DNA from: Anolis carolinensis
Taxonomy: Eukaryota
Direction of reading: 5' to 3'
DNA: 64,000 nt
Assembly (NCBI RefSeq): GCF_035594765.1
Contig: NC_085846.1
Location: 14,123,190-14,187,189, forward strand
Part shown: one piece after another, positions 21,025-34,522 of the stretch
How positions within the stretch are numbered: position 1 is the first letter of the stretch
How the letters are laid out: every line of letters starts with the position of its first letter
Notes under the pieces: model-generated
The model's input: the letters and a program-made list of their open reading frames with translations, nothing else
Databases searched by the model: none
Told to the model about the DNA's origin: nothing
Program-made: the position numbers and the translations under genes

Positions 21025-24000
21025 GGTTGGGGTGATAGCAAGAGAAATGGGCAGTCCTTACTATGGTACTTTAAGGTGAGAGATGATGCTAGTTCCTGGC
21101 TGTTGTGAGCCATGAGAACAGCAGGTTTCCAAATATAATAGGTAAGATGGCAGTGCTTGTTGGCAGAGAGATACTACATTTGTGAAGACACATAAAATCA
21201 CAAGGCCATGAGTATAACAAGCCATGTACCAGAGATTGAATGCAAGTGGGGCTTCAATTGCAAGAGGTAGCTGCCTGGTAACAACAAATGCATATTATTC
21301 TGTCCTCCCCTGGATTTCCTAGCCTAAGTGTCAAGAGAGAGATAATTGACAAGTGGCTACCAATTTTGTATACAGTGTTGGGAATGAAAGCTTTTGGCTT
21401 TTTTTATTCCTTGTGATCAGTCAAAACCAAGTTATGGAATAGTTGTTTTAGAATCGCATCATTTCTGTTGGAAGATATTGAAATGGAGCAGAAGCCACTC
21501 TGGATTCCCCCTTGCAAGAAGAGATGGTGCTTCCTGTATGCCCCTTTCCCTTGAATGGAATAGCAAGAGCAGATCCACACATTGGAGGCAGGACTGGAAA
21601 GGACATGGTATAGTTCTTCAAGAATGCTCACCCCACTTTTTTGCAAACCTCGCCACTTGCTCTATGCCATACAAGCCTTGCTTATTTTCTGGGGAGGAAA
21701 TGTGTTAATTTGTGTGCTTTCTTCACATTTATAAAGACAGTAGATTAGTTATCTTTAAAGACCTTGGGAATTAGTGGGAGGTGGCTGCTAACTAAATAGA
21801 GTTTAACTCATGATCAGAATTGCAAATAGAGGAGTCTTCTGGAATTATGTTCTGGCATATGGTGCAATAGATGCATTTGCACCATCAAATCTCTACCTAC
21901 CTTCCTGTCTCCCAAGACAGTGCAGGTTCACAGTGCAACTAACTGGAGGATCAAAACATGAATGCTTCTTCAAATAAAAAAGAAAGAAAAAAACCCTCTA
22001 CTCAGAGGGCAAACAATTGTGGAAATCTGGTTCAAGCCCTACCTTCTTGTTGACATGCCAGCTTTCCACATAGAGGGAGTATTCAATGTGGGAAAACATT
22101 CCAAGATGTCATTCTCCCATACACATTCTAAATTGGTACACTCCCAGGATGATTGTACCATATACATTCTGAATTGGCCCTCAGAAGGTAGTCAGGAAGT
22201 ATAAAAGTACTGTACATCACTTGTCATCCAACTTGGGTATATGCATGGTGTTTCCCTTATGTGTCTCAGAATGCTACTATTCTTACATAATCCAGAACAT
22301 TTTGACACCTTGCATATATAAGCCTCCATCAATTTATGCATATCATTTCTCAAGCCAGAAGTGGATCGGTTCTGTAAAGGGAGTTATGGTTGGGTAGTCA
22401 CCCATCTCCAGGCCATTTCCACTTGTTTGTGTTATTGCTGTCTCTTTCCTGTGTTGTGAAGATGAGAGAGGTGAAAGGAAATACAACTGGCGATTCCTTA
22501 AGCCAGGCCTGTATGTTGCATTGGCTGCCTAGCACACCTAGCAGGTATTCTGTAGACTGAGCCATAAGCTCATTCCTCTTCCATGCAAGAGATGCAATAC
22601 TCTTACATCAGACTCAGTGCTGGTTGTCTTAGTCTGAGGCTGGAATTTCCCATGGTAGCATTCTCATCTACAGTCTTATATTGAGACCTTCCACCACAAC
22701 CTCTCCAAATGGAAAGGAAGTGGATGGATACAGTATGGGCAAAAGATACTTGTAAATTTCCCATCTTCCTCCTGTGCATCTCCTCTTTGCATTCCTTCAT
22801 CAGGTTTCATAAGATACTTTGGAAATCTCAAGAGACAGGAGGGAAGGTGGCAACCAAAGAGTTCTCGAGATGTTCTCTTGTGGACACCATGAAGCTGATT
22901 GCATCACCACAAAATGGTGGTTGAAGTTGATCTTCCGCTGAAAGCTGTACTATTGGAGATTTGTTGTTTATCCATTTCAGCAAGGGCAGAGTATGCTAAC
23001 TTCTTTCAGGTGGCAGTACCAAAGGTGCCTCCCTACTATTCCTGATCTAGTGCCCCTATGGTTCCTGCCTTGATGAGAGCCGGCCAAGGATATGAGGACC
23101 CAAAGATGCATTTTGAATCCAATGTCTTTGTCCATCCACTCCAGTGCCTGGAAGAAGAGAGAAAGGAGGGTGGCTGTTGCCAAAGGTGTAGGGTGATTTG
23201 TGGGAGAGACAGTTGTGATAGATCTGGACAATAAATAAGTCAGGGTATTAGAAGAAACCTTGCAAAATTGGGTGATACAAAAGTAAGCTGGCTAGATACA
23301 TAATGAACAGAGTGAAGAAGAAGCCTAGTCTTCATTCAACCACAATTCCCATGCTGGCTCAATTCAAGGACAACTTATTTTGCCCATATTGAATCCGACC
23401 TAGTTGGACTAATGTCTCTGATCAGCTGAAATATTACTATTAGCGGTTTCCAAAAGTGGCTGATACCTGGATGTTCCTTTTCTTGTTATATCTTGATATA
23501 AAAATGTAAAGGCCTGAACCTGTAGCTAAAATTCAGTGGAACCTTCCTGTAGTGGTGGCTATACCTTTGCCTGCATTATATGGAAGCTGATTTTTTTTCT
23601 CATATAGAATATTCTCTCCCTCACCTTGGTATTTGCCAGTAGAGCTAAGTCTGATGTTAGATTCCTTTTGCCCTTTATGAATACAACATATCTTAATTAT
23701 ACAATCTGCTTTATAGTGTCATCTGCCTTTACATTTAGTTGAACATTGCTTCTACAGGAACCCCACTGGAAACTGAGAACCTCAGAACTGGCAATTAGTT
23801 CCTACACAAAAGTGTATTATTAGCTTATACTATCCAGAAAATGTGGTCACGACTAACTCAGTATATGGAGTGTTTATTAAATTGTTTAATTGTACCTTCC
23901 CAATTGGACAATGAAACATAAGAGAGCAGAGAGCATAGGTGGGTGAAGAGAAACAATTAGGTTTCTATAATGACTGTTTTAATTGCAAAACTGATGTCCA

Positions 24001-25500
24001 ACCAGGTCTTGTCAAAATGGTAGCCTGTTTCCTAAAGATAAGGAATGTGGTATGACTTTCCTAGTTTGGTTTGGTTTTTAATTTCTCTGATCTCACTAAA
24101 AAAAGAAGTGGTAATTATCACCTTTAACTTCCTTTCCTTTATTCAAAATCAGGATATTTGGCAAGTGGCAAAACACAATTCTTCTCATCCATAAATAATA
24201 TTGAATAAATACTTGCAGTTGGTGTGAGTTGAGAATATGAAATGGCTATCCTTTTTAGTAAAATGTACAATGGAAGTGAGAAGGCATAGTGTTAACTAGC
24301 AAGGGCTTGTCTGACCATTAATATTTGTTGGAGCACAGCTGTTTACATGAAGTCTGTATCCACTCTTCTTTCTAGGAGCAGTTTAGTTTATTAAACTATA
24401 CTCTTCTGTCTTGGTTGGGCTTTGCTAGCTGGTTTGATGTGAGATTACTGTGAACTCAAATAACATATGTGAAAAATACTGGAAACAAAGCAAATTAGGG
24501 TACTCCTTCCTATATATCTGAGGTGGTCTGGCAGATTTGAGACTAGTAGATAAAGGGAGGAAGCATTATTTGATCTGAACTCTATATATGAAGAGGATAC
24601 TGTAAGTGGGTTGAAAAGCTGGTGTGGATTTTGCTTCTGGTTGGATAATTCATTGGAAGACCAATTGGTTTGGAAATTGCAGATGCTAACAACCATCCTT
24701 CCCACTATACTATCTTGGCTTCTATAATCTTGGTTAATTTTTCAGCCCTGAAGTGTGCATGACTGCAATGATGGATGTCACACCGGTCCTCATCAATCCC
24801 AAATGCCTTTTTGCTGTTTACTGGGACTACGTAGAGGGTGGGAATTATACTACATCGTTTTCTAGCATCGGAACCTTTTCAGATTCCTCAAGATGCACAG
24901 CCATTTTCTGAGGATTTCTTCAAACTTGCAGTTTTTTGGGAAATAAGGATTCTCTGTTTCTAACTGCAACTGAATTTGCCTCGATTCACCTCGTCCCAAA
25001 CTGGAGATCGGCATTGTTTGAGAGAGGACTCAAACATCCTCAGACCAATGACTGTTGTATAACCTTTGAATGAAGAGTCGTGCCACTAATAGGACCCAAC
25101 CCATTGCGATCATGTTAGCAAACGACTTTTTGTATTAATATAGATATATACATACATTTATATATAAATACTTCTTTTCTAACTACCCTTTCCTCCCATT
25201 GGCCACAGAGTGCAGGATGTGCAGTTCTTTTGGTGCCAAGATCCAAGACCCTTTAATAGTGTGTACTAAACTATGTATAGGACCCTGTCATTGTCCATGC
25301 AGCTGATGGGCCTGGACCGATAACCTGTCCCTCCTCCACTTCGTTGTACCCCTCGGGGATTGTACAGCGTGTGTTTTCTCAATCAGGGGTGGGGGAATGG
25401 GAATGTGTGTGTGTTTTAAACCAACCAATTGTTTTAAAAGTATCTGATTTATGATGTACAGACTAAACAAACATTAAAAAGAGACAATGAATTGGAGAAA
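21025..25500 (+). other. ZNF865: Probable long 3' UTR of ZNF865
   Basis: No recognisable TE for ~4.5 kb; TGTA near 25455, ATTAAA 25473-25478, then a GT-rich tract near 25530. Confidence 0.5.
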
Positions 25501-27060
25501 AGTGCTTTAAAAGGGGGCCAGGTTTGCTTATTTTGTTCGTGTTGGTGTAAGATGGAGTTTCCCTTTAAGAGTTCAAATGGCTGGATCTTTTACTGACAAG
25601 TCTAGTAACTAGGTACAGTACAAGAATTGGAAAGGTAGTGATTCTCAAAGAATTGAAAACATGGGGAAATCTGTGTATGCCTTCAAATTGTTTCCTCAGG
25701 CAAATAAATGTTTTCTTGGCAATATTAGTTGGTGGTGATGGTTGCCACTGCCTTTGAGGCTTAGAAAATGTAACTTGCCAAAGGCCACCCAGTGGGTTTC
25801 CATGGCTTATGTAGGGATTTGAGCCCTGGTCTCACAGAGTCTTTAGTCCAACACTCAATCCACTACACCACACTGGTTCTTAGGGAAACACATGCTCATA
25901 ATAACAGCAGAGGATAGCTGTGCAGAAATGTTTGCATTTTGCTGATCTGTTTAAAAGAAAAAAAAGGCTTCTACACAAAAGGTGTATGGAGTTAAAGCTG
26001 CTTAATGCTTATTCAAATACCATTGCTCAATGCTGTGAAATCCTGGAACTTGTAGTTTAGTGAGGTACCAGAACTGGCAGAGAAGACTGAAGACTTTAAA
26101 ACTACAACTCCCATGAGTTGTCAAACTACAATAATTATATAGTGTAGATGTACTCTAGGTATTGAAGATGATCACTGCGAATCTAGTATTAAAATTATCT
26201 GGTGAGAAGAGGGTATTTATTCCTCCAAAGTCCTATCCCCCCCCCCCCCTTTATCCAGCCAGAACAAGGGTGTGGATAGCTGTGTAGAAAACTTAAGTGT
26301 TTTGAACCTTTGAACAATTCACTGTCCAACTTGAGATTGATGGGCCTGGTTGGACATAACCCTCTGATCTGGTAGGTATGAAGAAGTGGACAAGCTGAAG
26401 GAGACATGCATTGTTAGCATAATTTTCATAAAAATAAGAGAAAAGGAAAATTCTTGCATAGCCAACAGAAGCTTGAGGTTTCAGAATTGTGAGTACACAA
26501 ATCTAAATGTTGATATTTTAAGCAAATCGTTAAAAGTAATCTTTCCAAAGAATATTTTGTTTTTTATCTCTTGTGGGGGGGTACATATATACACAATCCA
26601 ATAGCATCCATAAATTTGGTGAATTTAAATTGGGGTGTAAAAATACAAATTCAAGTTAGGCATATTTGCTTGATAAATCTCGCTCTTCCTCCATGAACAG
26701 GGATTTGCCATATGCCAGTATTTTTTTTTCCTAGTTGGATATTACCTACCAGGCTGGCAGCACTTCTTTAACGTCCTTTTAACCTGAGATGCCTGGGGTA
26801 GATGTAGGGACTTTCTACAAAGCATATATCCTGTAATTAAGCCATGTTTTTGTCTTCATTTTGGCTCTTTCTTAGCAGTTGAAAACAAGACTACATCATG
26901 TAGAATTATTGTATTTGCTCTTTCTTAACTTGCTCAGGTCTCCTATGTGAGAATATGATTAATACCTAGAACATTTACATGATACCAGTAAGAGTCCCTT
27001 TATACTTCTTAGACATTTTAGCCCTTACAACAAAAATGGTCAAAATTGCCTTTTAAAATG

Positions 27061-27390
27061 TAAGGTAAAGGTAAGGGATTTCCCCTGACATTAAGTCTAG
27101 TCGTATCCGACTCTGGGGGTTGGTGCTCATCTCCATTTCTAAACTGAAGAGCCAGCATTGTCCATAGGCGTCTCCAAGGTCATGTGACCGGCATGACTGC
27201 ATGAAGTGCCATTGCCTTCCCACCAAAAAACGGTACCTATCGATCTCATATTTGCATGTTCTCAAACTGCTAGATTGGCAGAAGCTGGGGCTAACAGCAG
27301 GAGCTCACCCCACTCCCTGAATTCGAACTGCAGACCTTTAAAATAGCAAGGTCAGCAGCTCGGCAGTTTAACCCACCCACCAGGAACTCC
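27061..27390 (-). mobile_element. Sauria SINE
   Basis: aaggtaaaggt...cccctgacattaag...ggtgctcatctccatttctaa; reverse complement of the 7829 copy. Confidence 0.88.
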
Positions 27391-28356
27391 TCAATTTAAA
27401 CGTGTAGGAGGTGACTTTCCTTTATAGACCATAAGTACAAAAAATACGGTACTCTGGAAACCACAAATTCGGAATAAAACTTTGATTACGTTGGAGATAA
27501 TGAGTTTCATGAAATGCACCAAGCTCAGCCAACAATTTCAATTTCTTTTGCATATAAGAAAAGTCCTTAAAAGGGCCACTCTTAGAAGAGACAATAAAGA
27601 TCTTTAAGGGTTTGCACTGCAAGATGTACAATGAAAACAACAGAAATGGGGATGTGTACACCTTTTCTAAAAAAAATGCATAGTATAATAGGAAGGAGCT
27701 TCGAGAAATGCCTTAGTTGGCCCATGCTATGCTCTTTCTTCCTAACTTTCTTCAGAACTATATAAACATTTACTAATATTTGGCATGAAGGTTTAAAAAA
27801 ATACTTTGGATTTCCAAAGCACAATGTCAAGAATCATGATTTACTTCTAAACAGTGAATTTTGAAAAGATTTTATTTCTAGCTTTGGATATTTGCTGCAA
27901 GTATTTACAAGGATTTCTGAAACACCTTTTCTATAGCCCTTTCCCCTTAACTTGCTCCAATGCTAATGTAACATTGCTTTATTCAAATCTTTCACCAAAT
28001 TCCTTTTTATAAAATCAGATATGTGCTCCTGAGTGTAGGCACATATTTAAAACCCTGTGTGTATTGGTTGCTACAAATCAGATCATCCATTTTTTAAAAA
28101 AAGAGTGAATATACTGCCAATACACTGTAGGAAAAGGTTTGTATCGATAGCACAATGGTTTACATGTTCAACCAAAATTCAACAGGGCTTACACTCAGGT
28201 TAAGTGAATACAAACCATCTAATTTCCAGCAATGGTGTTGAATTTCATACATTAAGCAAATTTCCCATGATATATTTTCGTCTATTTGTGATGGGAAGGG
28301 ACACATGTCCATACAAGGCACTGACTACTAGAAAGTCTGCTCCACTCCCTCTATCT

Positions 28357-28491
28357 CAGTGGTTCTCAACCTGGGGTCCCCAGATGTTTTAGACCTACAA
28401 CTCCCAGAAACCCCAACCAGTTTACCAGCTGTTAGGGTTTCTGGGAGTTGAAGGCCAAAAACATCTGGGGACCCCAGGTTGAGAATCACTG
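28357..28491. mobile_element. hAT-like MITE
   Basis: TIR cagtggttctcaacctgggg; near-perfect 8-bp TSD ctctatct / ctccatct. Confidence 0.85.
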
Positions 28492-29141
28492 CTCCATCTA
28501 GATCTAACATATATTCTAAAGTGACATTCTAGCTCCCAAAGATTAAGTCCTGAACAGAATGCCAAACCATGATTTAGTATTACACAACTGGCTAAGATTT
28601 ACATGCACCCTTCTCTCAACATTTCCTGATTCTTGGCAAAGCAAGATTTGCACCAATCATTGCTTACTCACCAATTTAATTACAAATAATGGTTTGATTG
28701 CTGCTCTAGCAATGGTTTTCAAATAATCTATTTACCAAGAAGTACAAAGGTACTGTATTGTAACATCTCGTTAAAGCCAGTTTTTTAAGTGTTTAATAGG
28801 TTCCTGGATTTGTCACACCTCATTCACTATGCTCTTGTTGATATTTGTTGTCCTTGAGCCTTATTAGCACAGGAGTCTGCTGTATAGTAACCGTCACAAC
28901 TAGCATTACAGGAAGAAAGAAGGAGCACATAAGCCTATGGTTTGCGCATGAAATGCCAAACCATAGTTTTTCATGACATTAAAACCACACCATAGGAGTT
29001 AAGAACTTTCTGTATTCTATAAAGGTAAAAGATTGTCAGGATACTGAACTCAGCACCCATCAACAACAAAAGTAGTACCCACAGTTCTATCTATAGCTAC
29101 ACTTCCATTTCCCAATGACAGGTTTGTTCCTTAAAACGGTA

Positions 29142-31121
29142 TCAGTGTGGCTTGACACTCCATAGGTCTTTCACTATGACTTTACCCCCATGTCTTGTCC
29201 CCTCCTGCCCATGAAGCCGGCGATGCTTGGCAAAATTGGAAGAATTATTAAAACGCCTGTAGCAGACAGCACACTCAAAGGGTTTCTCTCCAGTGTGTAG
29301 CCTCCGGTGAGTAACCAGGGCTGAGCTTTGAGTGAATCGCTTGCCGCAGACGTTGCAACCAAAGGGCCGTTCGCCCGTGTGAACCCGCAGATGCTCCTTC
29401 AGATCTGTGGCCCGACGAAACTGCTTGGGGCATGCAAAGCACAGGAAGGGTTTGGAATCTAAATCTGGCAAAGAGTGCTGTCTATAGGTTTCAGGTTCTT
29501 GAAAAGGAAAACTAAGTGGTGAACTCCCATCTTCTTCCCAGTGATGGGAAACGCTTCTAAATTGGTGTTGTGAATGGCTATGGGAGGACGCAGAGATGTC
29601 ACAAGGCAAGGACCATGGTTCAGGACTTTCTCGCTGCCAGGGAGATGCATTGTTAGATATGCCTATGGTAGAACAATCCTCAAATTCATCCTTTTCTTTC
29701 ATTATCCTAATATTTGGCTCTTCCCAGGTCAAAACATTACTCTCATTGGCACGTGTCCAGGAAGACACTTTGGGTGCAACAACATTAATATTTTTGGGAG
29801 TGTCTACTTGGACGTTCATCCATTTCTCCTTGTTGGTGCCCCCATCCTGGGTTACCTCTTCAAACTGTCCAGGGTTTTGGTGTCTTAGGTCATCAGCGAC
29901 ATCTGCATTACTGCCGTTTTGCCTCGGCTCCAAGATACTAACATCCATATTTGGATTCAGTCCACTGAGATGGCTTGTACCATTTTGCCTCATGTTTGGG
30001 CCAGTACCATCTCCACTCCTGTGCTTCAGCCCTTTAAGGTAGTCTCCATTTGGCCTCCTTAATAAATAGCTCCTGACTCTGCTCTCTTGACCCTGTTTAT
30101 GAATACCCTTCCTGTCGCCATCAGCTTGCAAAAGGCCTTTCCCAAAACTGCTGCCATCTAGCTGTAACTTATTACTGTTCTCCTCAAGTTGCTTGTGTTC
30201 TTCCCGAGTGTGACTTCCACCAGCTTTATTTGGCCTCAGGGCTTTAGTGTCATTTTCACCACTCACATTCCTCAGTGGCTGGAAGCTGTGGCCATTTTCA
30301 GTCACTTCTGAGCCTTGGCTACATTCACCACTGTCTCCCAAGCAACCATAATCGTATTTGCTATCTTCCATCTTAACACCAATACATCCATGGCTACTCT
30401 GCCTTGTTTGATGGCTACTGTCTTGTCTTAGTCCTCTTCCTTTGAAATAGGCCATATTGTCACTAGGTTGCCTTAAGCTGCCATTTTGAGGTATCCTGTT
30501 ATTGGAACTAATGCCTTGCCATTCCTTAGGGTCTTGGTTCCTCCTGTTCTCACCATTATTTAATTCTTGGGTGACCTGATAGCCATTTTGTCCTTCTGTG
30601 AACTGGCTCTGTTTCTTCCCAAGAAAGAGATCACAGTCTTTCTCATCATCCCTTGTGTTACAGTGGCCAAACAGTTGGCTGTGGATGCGTTGATGCTTCC
30701 GGAAATTAGAGCCGTTGTTGAAAGACTTAAAGCAGACGCCACAGTGAAAGGGCCGCTCGCCAGTATGGATGCGCATATGGCCAGAAAGCACGGAGCTCTG
30801 GGTGAAACGCTTGCCACAGACACCACAGCCGTAGGGCCTTTCACCGGTGTGAACCCGTTCGTGGTCGCGCCGGTCAGAAGCCCTCTTGAACCGCTTGGAG
30901 CAGAAGGAGCAGGTGTAGGGCCTCTCCGTAGGGTGGCCCATGGCCTCTGGATTGTCCGGCAACCAATTCTGTGGCTCTAAAACAAAGCTTTTGCATCCTG
31001 GGCATTGTGGAACGTGTCCTGTGGGCCCAGCAAGGGTTGGCAAGTCCTCTTGGCAAAATGGGCAGATGGAGGGGATTTCTGGCCCTGTCTCTTCTTTCAC
31101 CGTCACCAGCTCTATCTCCAT
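29142..31121 (-). CDS. ZNF784: ZNF784-like zinc finger protein, 659 aa, two clusters of 3 C2H2 fingers
   Basis: [10 protein letters not shown] / [10 protein letters not shown] / [10 protein letters not shown] match recalled ZNF784 fingers; convergent with ZNF865; acceptor ttttctccAG before 31163 and an in-frame stop upstream of the ATG. Confidence 0.8.
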   Translation of the reverse strand: MEIELVTVKEETGPEIPSICPFCQEDLPTLAGPTGHVPQCPGCKSFVLEPQNWLPDNPEAMGHPTERPYTCSFCSKRFKRASDRRDHERVHTGERPYGCGVCGKRFTQSSVLSGHMRIHTGERPFHCGVCFKSFNNGSNFRKHQRIHSQLFGHCNTRDDEKDCDLFLGKKQSQFTEGQNGYQVTQELNNGENRRNQDPKEWQGISSNNRIPQNGSLRQPSDNMAYFKGRGLRQDSSHQTRQSSHGCIGVKMEDSKYDYGCLGDSGECSQGSEVTENGHSFQPLRNVSGENDTKALRPNKAGGSHTREEHKQLEENSNKLQLDGSSFGKGLLQADGDRKGIHKQGQESRVRSYLLRRPNGDYLKGLKHRSGDGTGPNMRQNGTSHLSGLNPNMDVSILEPRQNGSNADVADDLRHQNPGQFEEVTQDGGTNKEKWMNVQVDTPKNINVVAPKVSSWTRANESNVLTWEEPNIRIMKEKDEFEDCSTIGISNNASPWQRESPEPWSLPCDISASSHSHSQHQFRSVSHHWEEDGSSPLSFPFQEPETYRQHSLPDLDSKPFLCFACPKQFRRATDLKEHLRVHTGERPFGCNVCGKRFTQSSALVTHRRLHTGEKPFECAVCYRRFNNSSNFAKHRRLHGQEGTRHGGKVIVKDLWSVKPH

Positions 31122-31817
31122 CAGGAGGCCCTGAAGCAGGGCTACAAATCACAATATTTGCCCCTGGAGAAAACAAAAGAAAAGTCAATATAGTAACAAC
31201 AGCAATAATAAATTTATTACCAACCTCCCTATGTCAAGAGAGATAGAAGGTGGGTTTAATGGAGCACAGCACAGTAGGCCAGGGCTCAATTTACAGAGCA
31301 CAGCTGAAAAGGTACAGATTTCTCCTACTTACTAGTTTTAAGAGTGTCAGGGAAAGGGGAACCCCTGAATACTGATAAAATTAGTTCAACGTGTGAACTT
31401 CAGCTCATTCGTCTTCCCTAATTCAAACACCCATAATGTTCTTAAAGCATTTATATTTATTAATCCAGTGCCTTTCCATCCAAAACCAGCCAAGGTGACT
31501 AATGGTAAAACATGATGACAAAATGATTTCAGCCAAATTGCAATGGTCAGTAACAAGAACAAACTGCTGGCTTCAAAAAAGCAGTTGAAATCAACCAGGC
31601 AAATTACTGTTAAAACTGATGTGCCTCTAAGGTTAACTGATTTAAGGCATTTCTGTATCACCTCCCAGCCTGCAAGGATTCACCAGGAGATGAACCCCCC
31701 CCCCAAAAAATTAGAACAAACCAAAGATAAAAAATGATTTGAAAAACATACCTAAAATCAACTGTAGATTCCAGTATTGAAAAAAGTTAAAATGGCAATT
31801 CAAACACTGAATGCATT

Positions 31818-32660
31818 GGGTTGCTGTGAGTTTTCCAAACTCTGGTCTTCCAGATGTCTTAGGCCCTTCGGCACTACTATATAATCCAAATTATCAAAGC
31901 AGATAATCCACATTATCTGTTTTGAACTAGAATACATCACTCTAAACTGCCATATAACCCAGTTCAATGCAGATAATCTGGATTTTATACGGCAGTGTAG
32001 AAGGGGCCCAAGACTTCACCTCCCAGAATACCTGATTATGGGCCAAGGAAGCTGAGGCTATTAGAACTTGAAATACAAAACACCTGGAAGACTAGTTTGG
32101 GGATCACTGGGTCAGAGATTCAGAACCTAAATCCCTGTATTAAATGGACAGAAGGGCTGCCAGAAAACAGCACGAGGCACCCACACTGTAGAATTAATGT
32201 ACTTTGACACAATTTTTAACTCATATGGCTCAATGGTATGTTATGGAATCATGGAAGTTGTACTTTGACCAGGTATTTAGACTTCTCTGCTAAAGAGGGC
32301 TGGTGTCTCATGAATTGGATTCAATAGCAGTTTAACATAGTGCCAAAGTGCATTTATTCTACAACAGGCCTGGGCAAACTTCGGCCCTCCAGGTGTTTTG
32401 GACTTTAGTTCCTAGCAGAAGATTGCTGTGAGTTTTCCAGGCTGTCTGGCCATGTTTCAGAAACATTCTTTCCTGGCATTTCTCCTGCATCTATGGCAGG
32501 CATCCTCAGAGGTCGTGAGGTCTGTTGGAAACTAGGCAAGTGGGGTTCATCTATCTGTGGAAGGTCCAGGGTGGGAGAAAAAACTCTTGTCTGTTTGAAG
32601 CATGTGTGAATGTTGCAATTGGCCAGCTTGATTAGCATTTAAGGGCCTTGCAGCTTCAAA
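31818..32660. repeat. Third partial copy of the duplicated block (matches ~3607-4230 and ~9690-10440), bounded by Penelope sequence
   Basis: ttttccaaactctggtcttccag...cagaacctaaatccctg...caggcctgggcaaacttc...ttgctgtgagttttcc in the same order. Confidence 0.85.
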
Positions 32661-32756
32661 GTTTCCAACAGTATTTGGCTATATCTTTTCTGACTTGGGG
32701 AATTCTGTGTTAGGTTGCCACCATCGAGAACACCTTTTTCAAGAGAGGCAAAGCTA

Positions 32757-33160
32757 CCGTATTTCCCCGAAAATAAGACAGTGTCTTATATTAATTTTTG
32801 CTCCCAAAGATGTGCTAGGTCCTGTTTTCAGGGGATGTCTTATTTTTCCATGAAGAAGAATTCATATTTATTGTTGAACAAAAAAAATGAGCATTTATTA
32901 TATACTGTACAATAGTTGTCATCACAAACCAGCATAACCAGACAATCTGTGAACTCTATCAAGAATTTCTTGTTACTACCATTATTTCCATGTACAACAA
33001 TCACTGAACCTGCATGCTCTGGTGTTCTGTTCAGCGGGCATGCTTCCAAATAAAAACTTTGCTAGGTCTTACTTTCAGGGGAGGCCTTATATTTAGCATT
33101 TCAGCAAAACCTCTACTAGGTCTTATTTTCAGAGGATGTCTTATTTTTGGGGAAACAGGG
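32757..33160. mobile_element. Non-autonomous Tc1/mariner-superfamily element
   Basis: TIR ccgtatttccccgaaaataagaca / tgtcttatttttggggaaacaggg, TA flanks. Confidence 0.8.
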
Positions 33161-33291
33161 TAGTCTCTTCCTGCTTTCCTTTCGCTTGCTAGCAAAGACA
33201 TTTTTATTTTTAAAAGCTTTTCATCTATAAACAAAGACCTGCTTGCCTTCCTTATATAGTCCTGCCTTGCAAAGGGGGGGGGGAGGGCCTA

Positions 33292-33507
33292 AGGTGCATC
33301 TACACTGTAGAACTAATTCAGTTTAACGCCACTTTAACTGCCATGGTTCAATGCTATGAAATCATAGGAGTTGTATCTTTACAAGGTCTTTAGCCTTCTT
33401 TGCAAAGAGTGCTGGTGCCTCAGCAAACGACAACTCCCAGGATTCCACAGCTTTGAGCAGTTAAAAGTGGGATCAAACTGCATTCCTTCCACAGTGAAGA
33501 TGCACCG
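33292..33507. mobile_element. Palindromic MITE (ggtgcatctacactgtag family, Harbinger-like)
   Basis: ggtgcatctacactgtagaa ... acagtgaagatgcacc. Confidence 0.7.
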
Positions 33508-33725
33508 CTAGCCAAGAGAGAACAATAGCCCAAAGCCTCGCAGCAAAGCAGAGAGACAAAGGGGGTGCGGGGTCAGGGAGCAAAGAGGGCTCGATGATTG
33601 GCTTCCCTGAGATCCCTTCTGCAAGCCCGGCCCGCCGCTCCTGCTTCACTTGGGTCTCTTTGTTGCCTTGCTTCATCGCATTGCACCCAAGGCTGATCCC
33701 TTCCCCTTCCAGCACCGATCCTCAC

Positions 33726-33990
33726 CTGGATCTGCTCCCTCCAGTCGATCTGCAAGATTCCTCCTTCCAAGATTCCCCTTCCAACTTTCAGGATTTCTTT
33801 CAAAAGGGAAAGAAGCAGTTGGGGCAAACTCCCTTCCTCCTGCTGCTGCTGCTGCTTCTCCTCCTGCTGGTGTCCATTCTCTTCCCTAACAGGCGCCTCC
33901 CCTTTAAATGCAACCCAAAAGGAAATTAAAGGGGAACAGACCGGTTTGTCGCCTCTCTTTTTTGCCTGCCGTCAAAAAGGCATCTTGAGA
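33726..33990 (-). promoter_or_regulatory. ZNF784: Probable non-coding exon 1/promoter of ZNF784
   Basis: Minus-strand donor cag|GTGAGG (ctcacctg at 33721-33728) in a GC/CpG-enriched patch. Confidence 0.5.
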
Positions 33991-34101
33991 TTGCTCCTCC
34001 TTCCACCACTAAATAAAGGGGCAGACTGGTATGTAAAGTTGGGAAAGTCTAATAATTATTATTATTATTATTATTTTATTAAATAATAAATAAATAATAT
34101 A

Positions 34102-34409
34102 CAGTAGAGTCTCACTTATCCAAGCCTCTGGATAATCCAAGCCATTTTTACAGTCAATGTTTTCAATATATCGTGATATTTTGGTGCTAAATTTGTAAAT
34201 ACAGTAATTACAACCTAACATTACTGAATATTGAACTACCTTTTCTGTCAAATTTGTTGTATAACATGAAGTTTTGGTGCTTAATTTGTAAAATCATAAC
34301 CTAATTTGATGTTTAATAGGCTTTTCCTTAATCCCTCCTTGTTATCCAAGATATTCGCTTATCCAAGCTTCTGCCGGCCCATTTAGCTTGGATGAGTGAG
34401 ACTCTACTG
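34102..34409. mobile_element. Tc1/mariner-superfamily MITE (inverted relative to the 16801 copy)
   Basis: Same TIR cagtagagtctcact, TA flanks. Confidence 0.88.
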
Positions 34410-34522
34410 TATATATATATATTTATTAAAAAATAAATAACTAATAAACAATACAAAATAATATGTATATAATAGTATAAAATACAGTAATAACAAAACA
34501 ATATTTATATAATATAATAACA

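Noticed and set aside
20294-21079. 261-aa alternative-frame ORF overlapping ZNF865
   Set aside because: Expected shadow frame of GC3-rich zinc-finger coding sequence; no independent support
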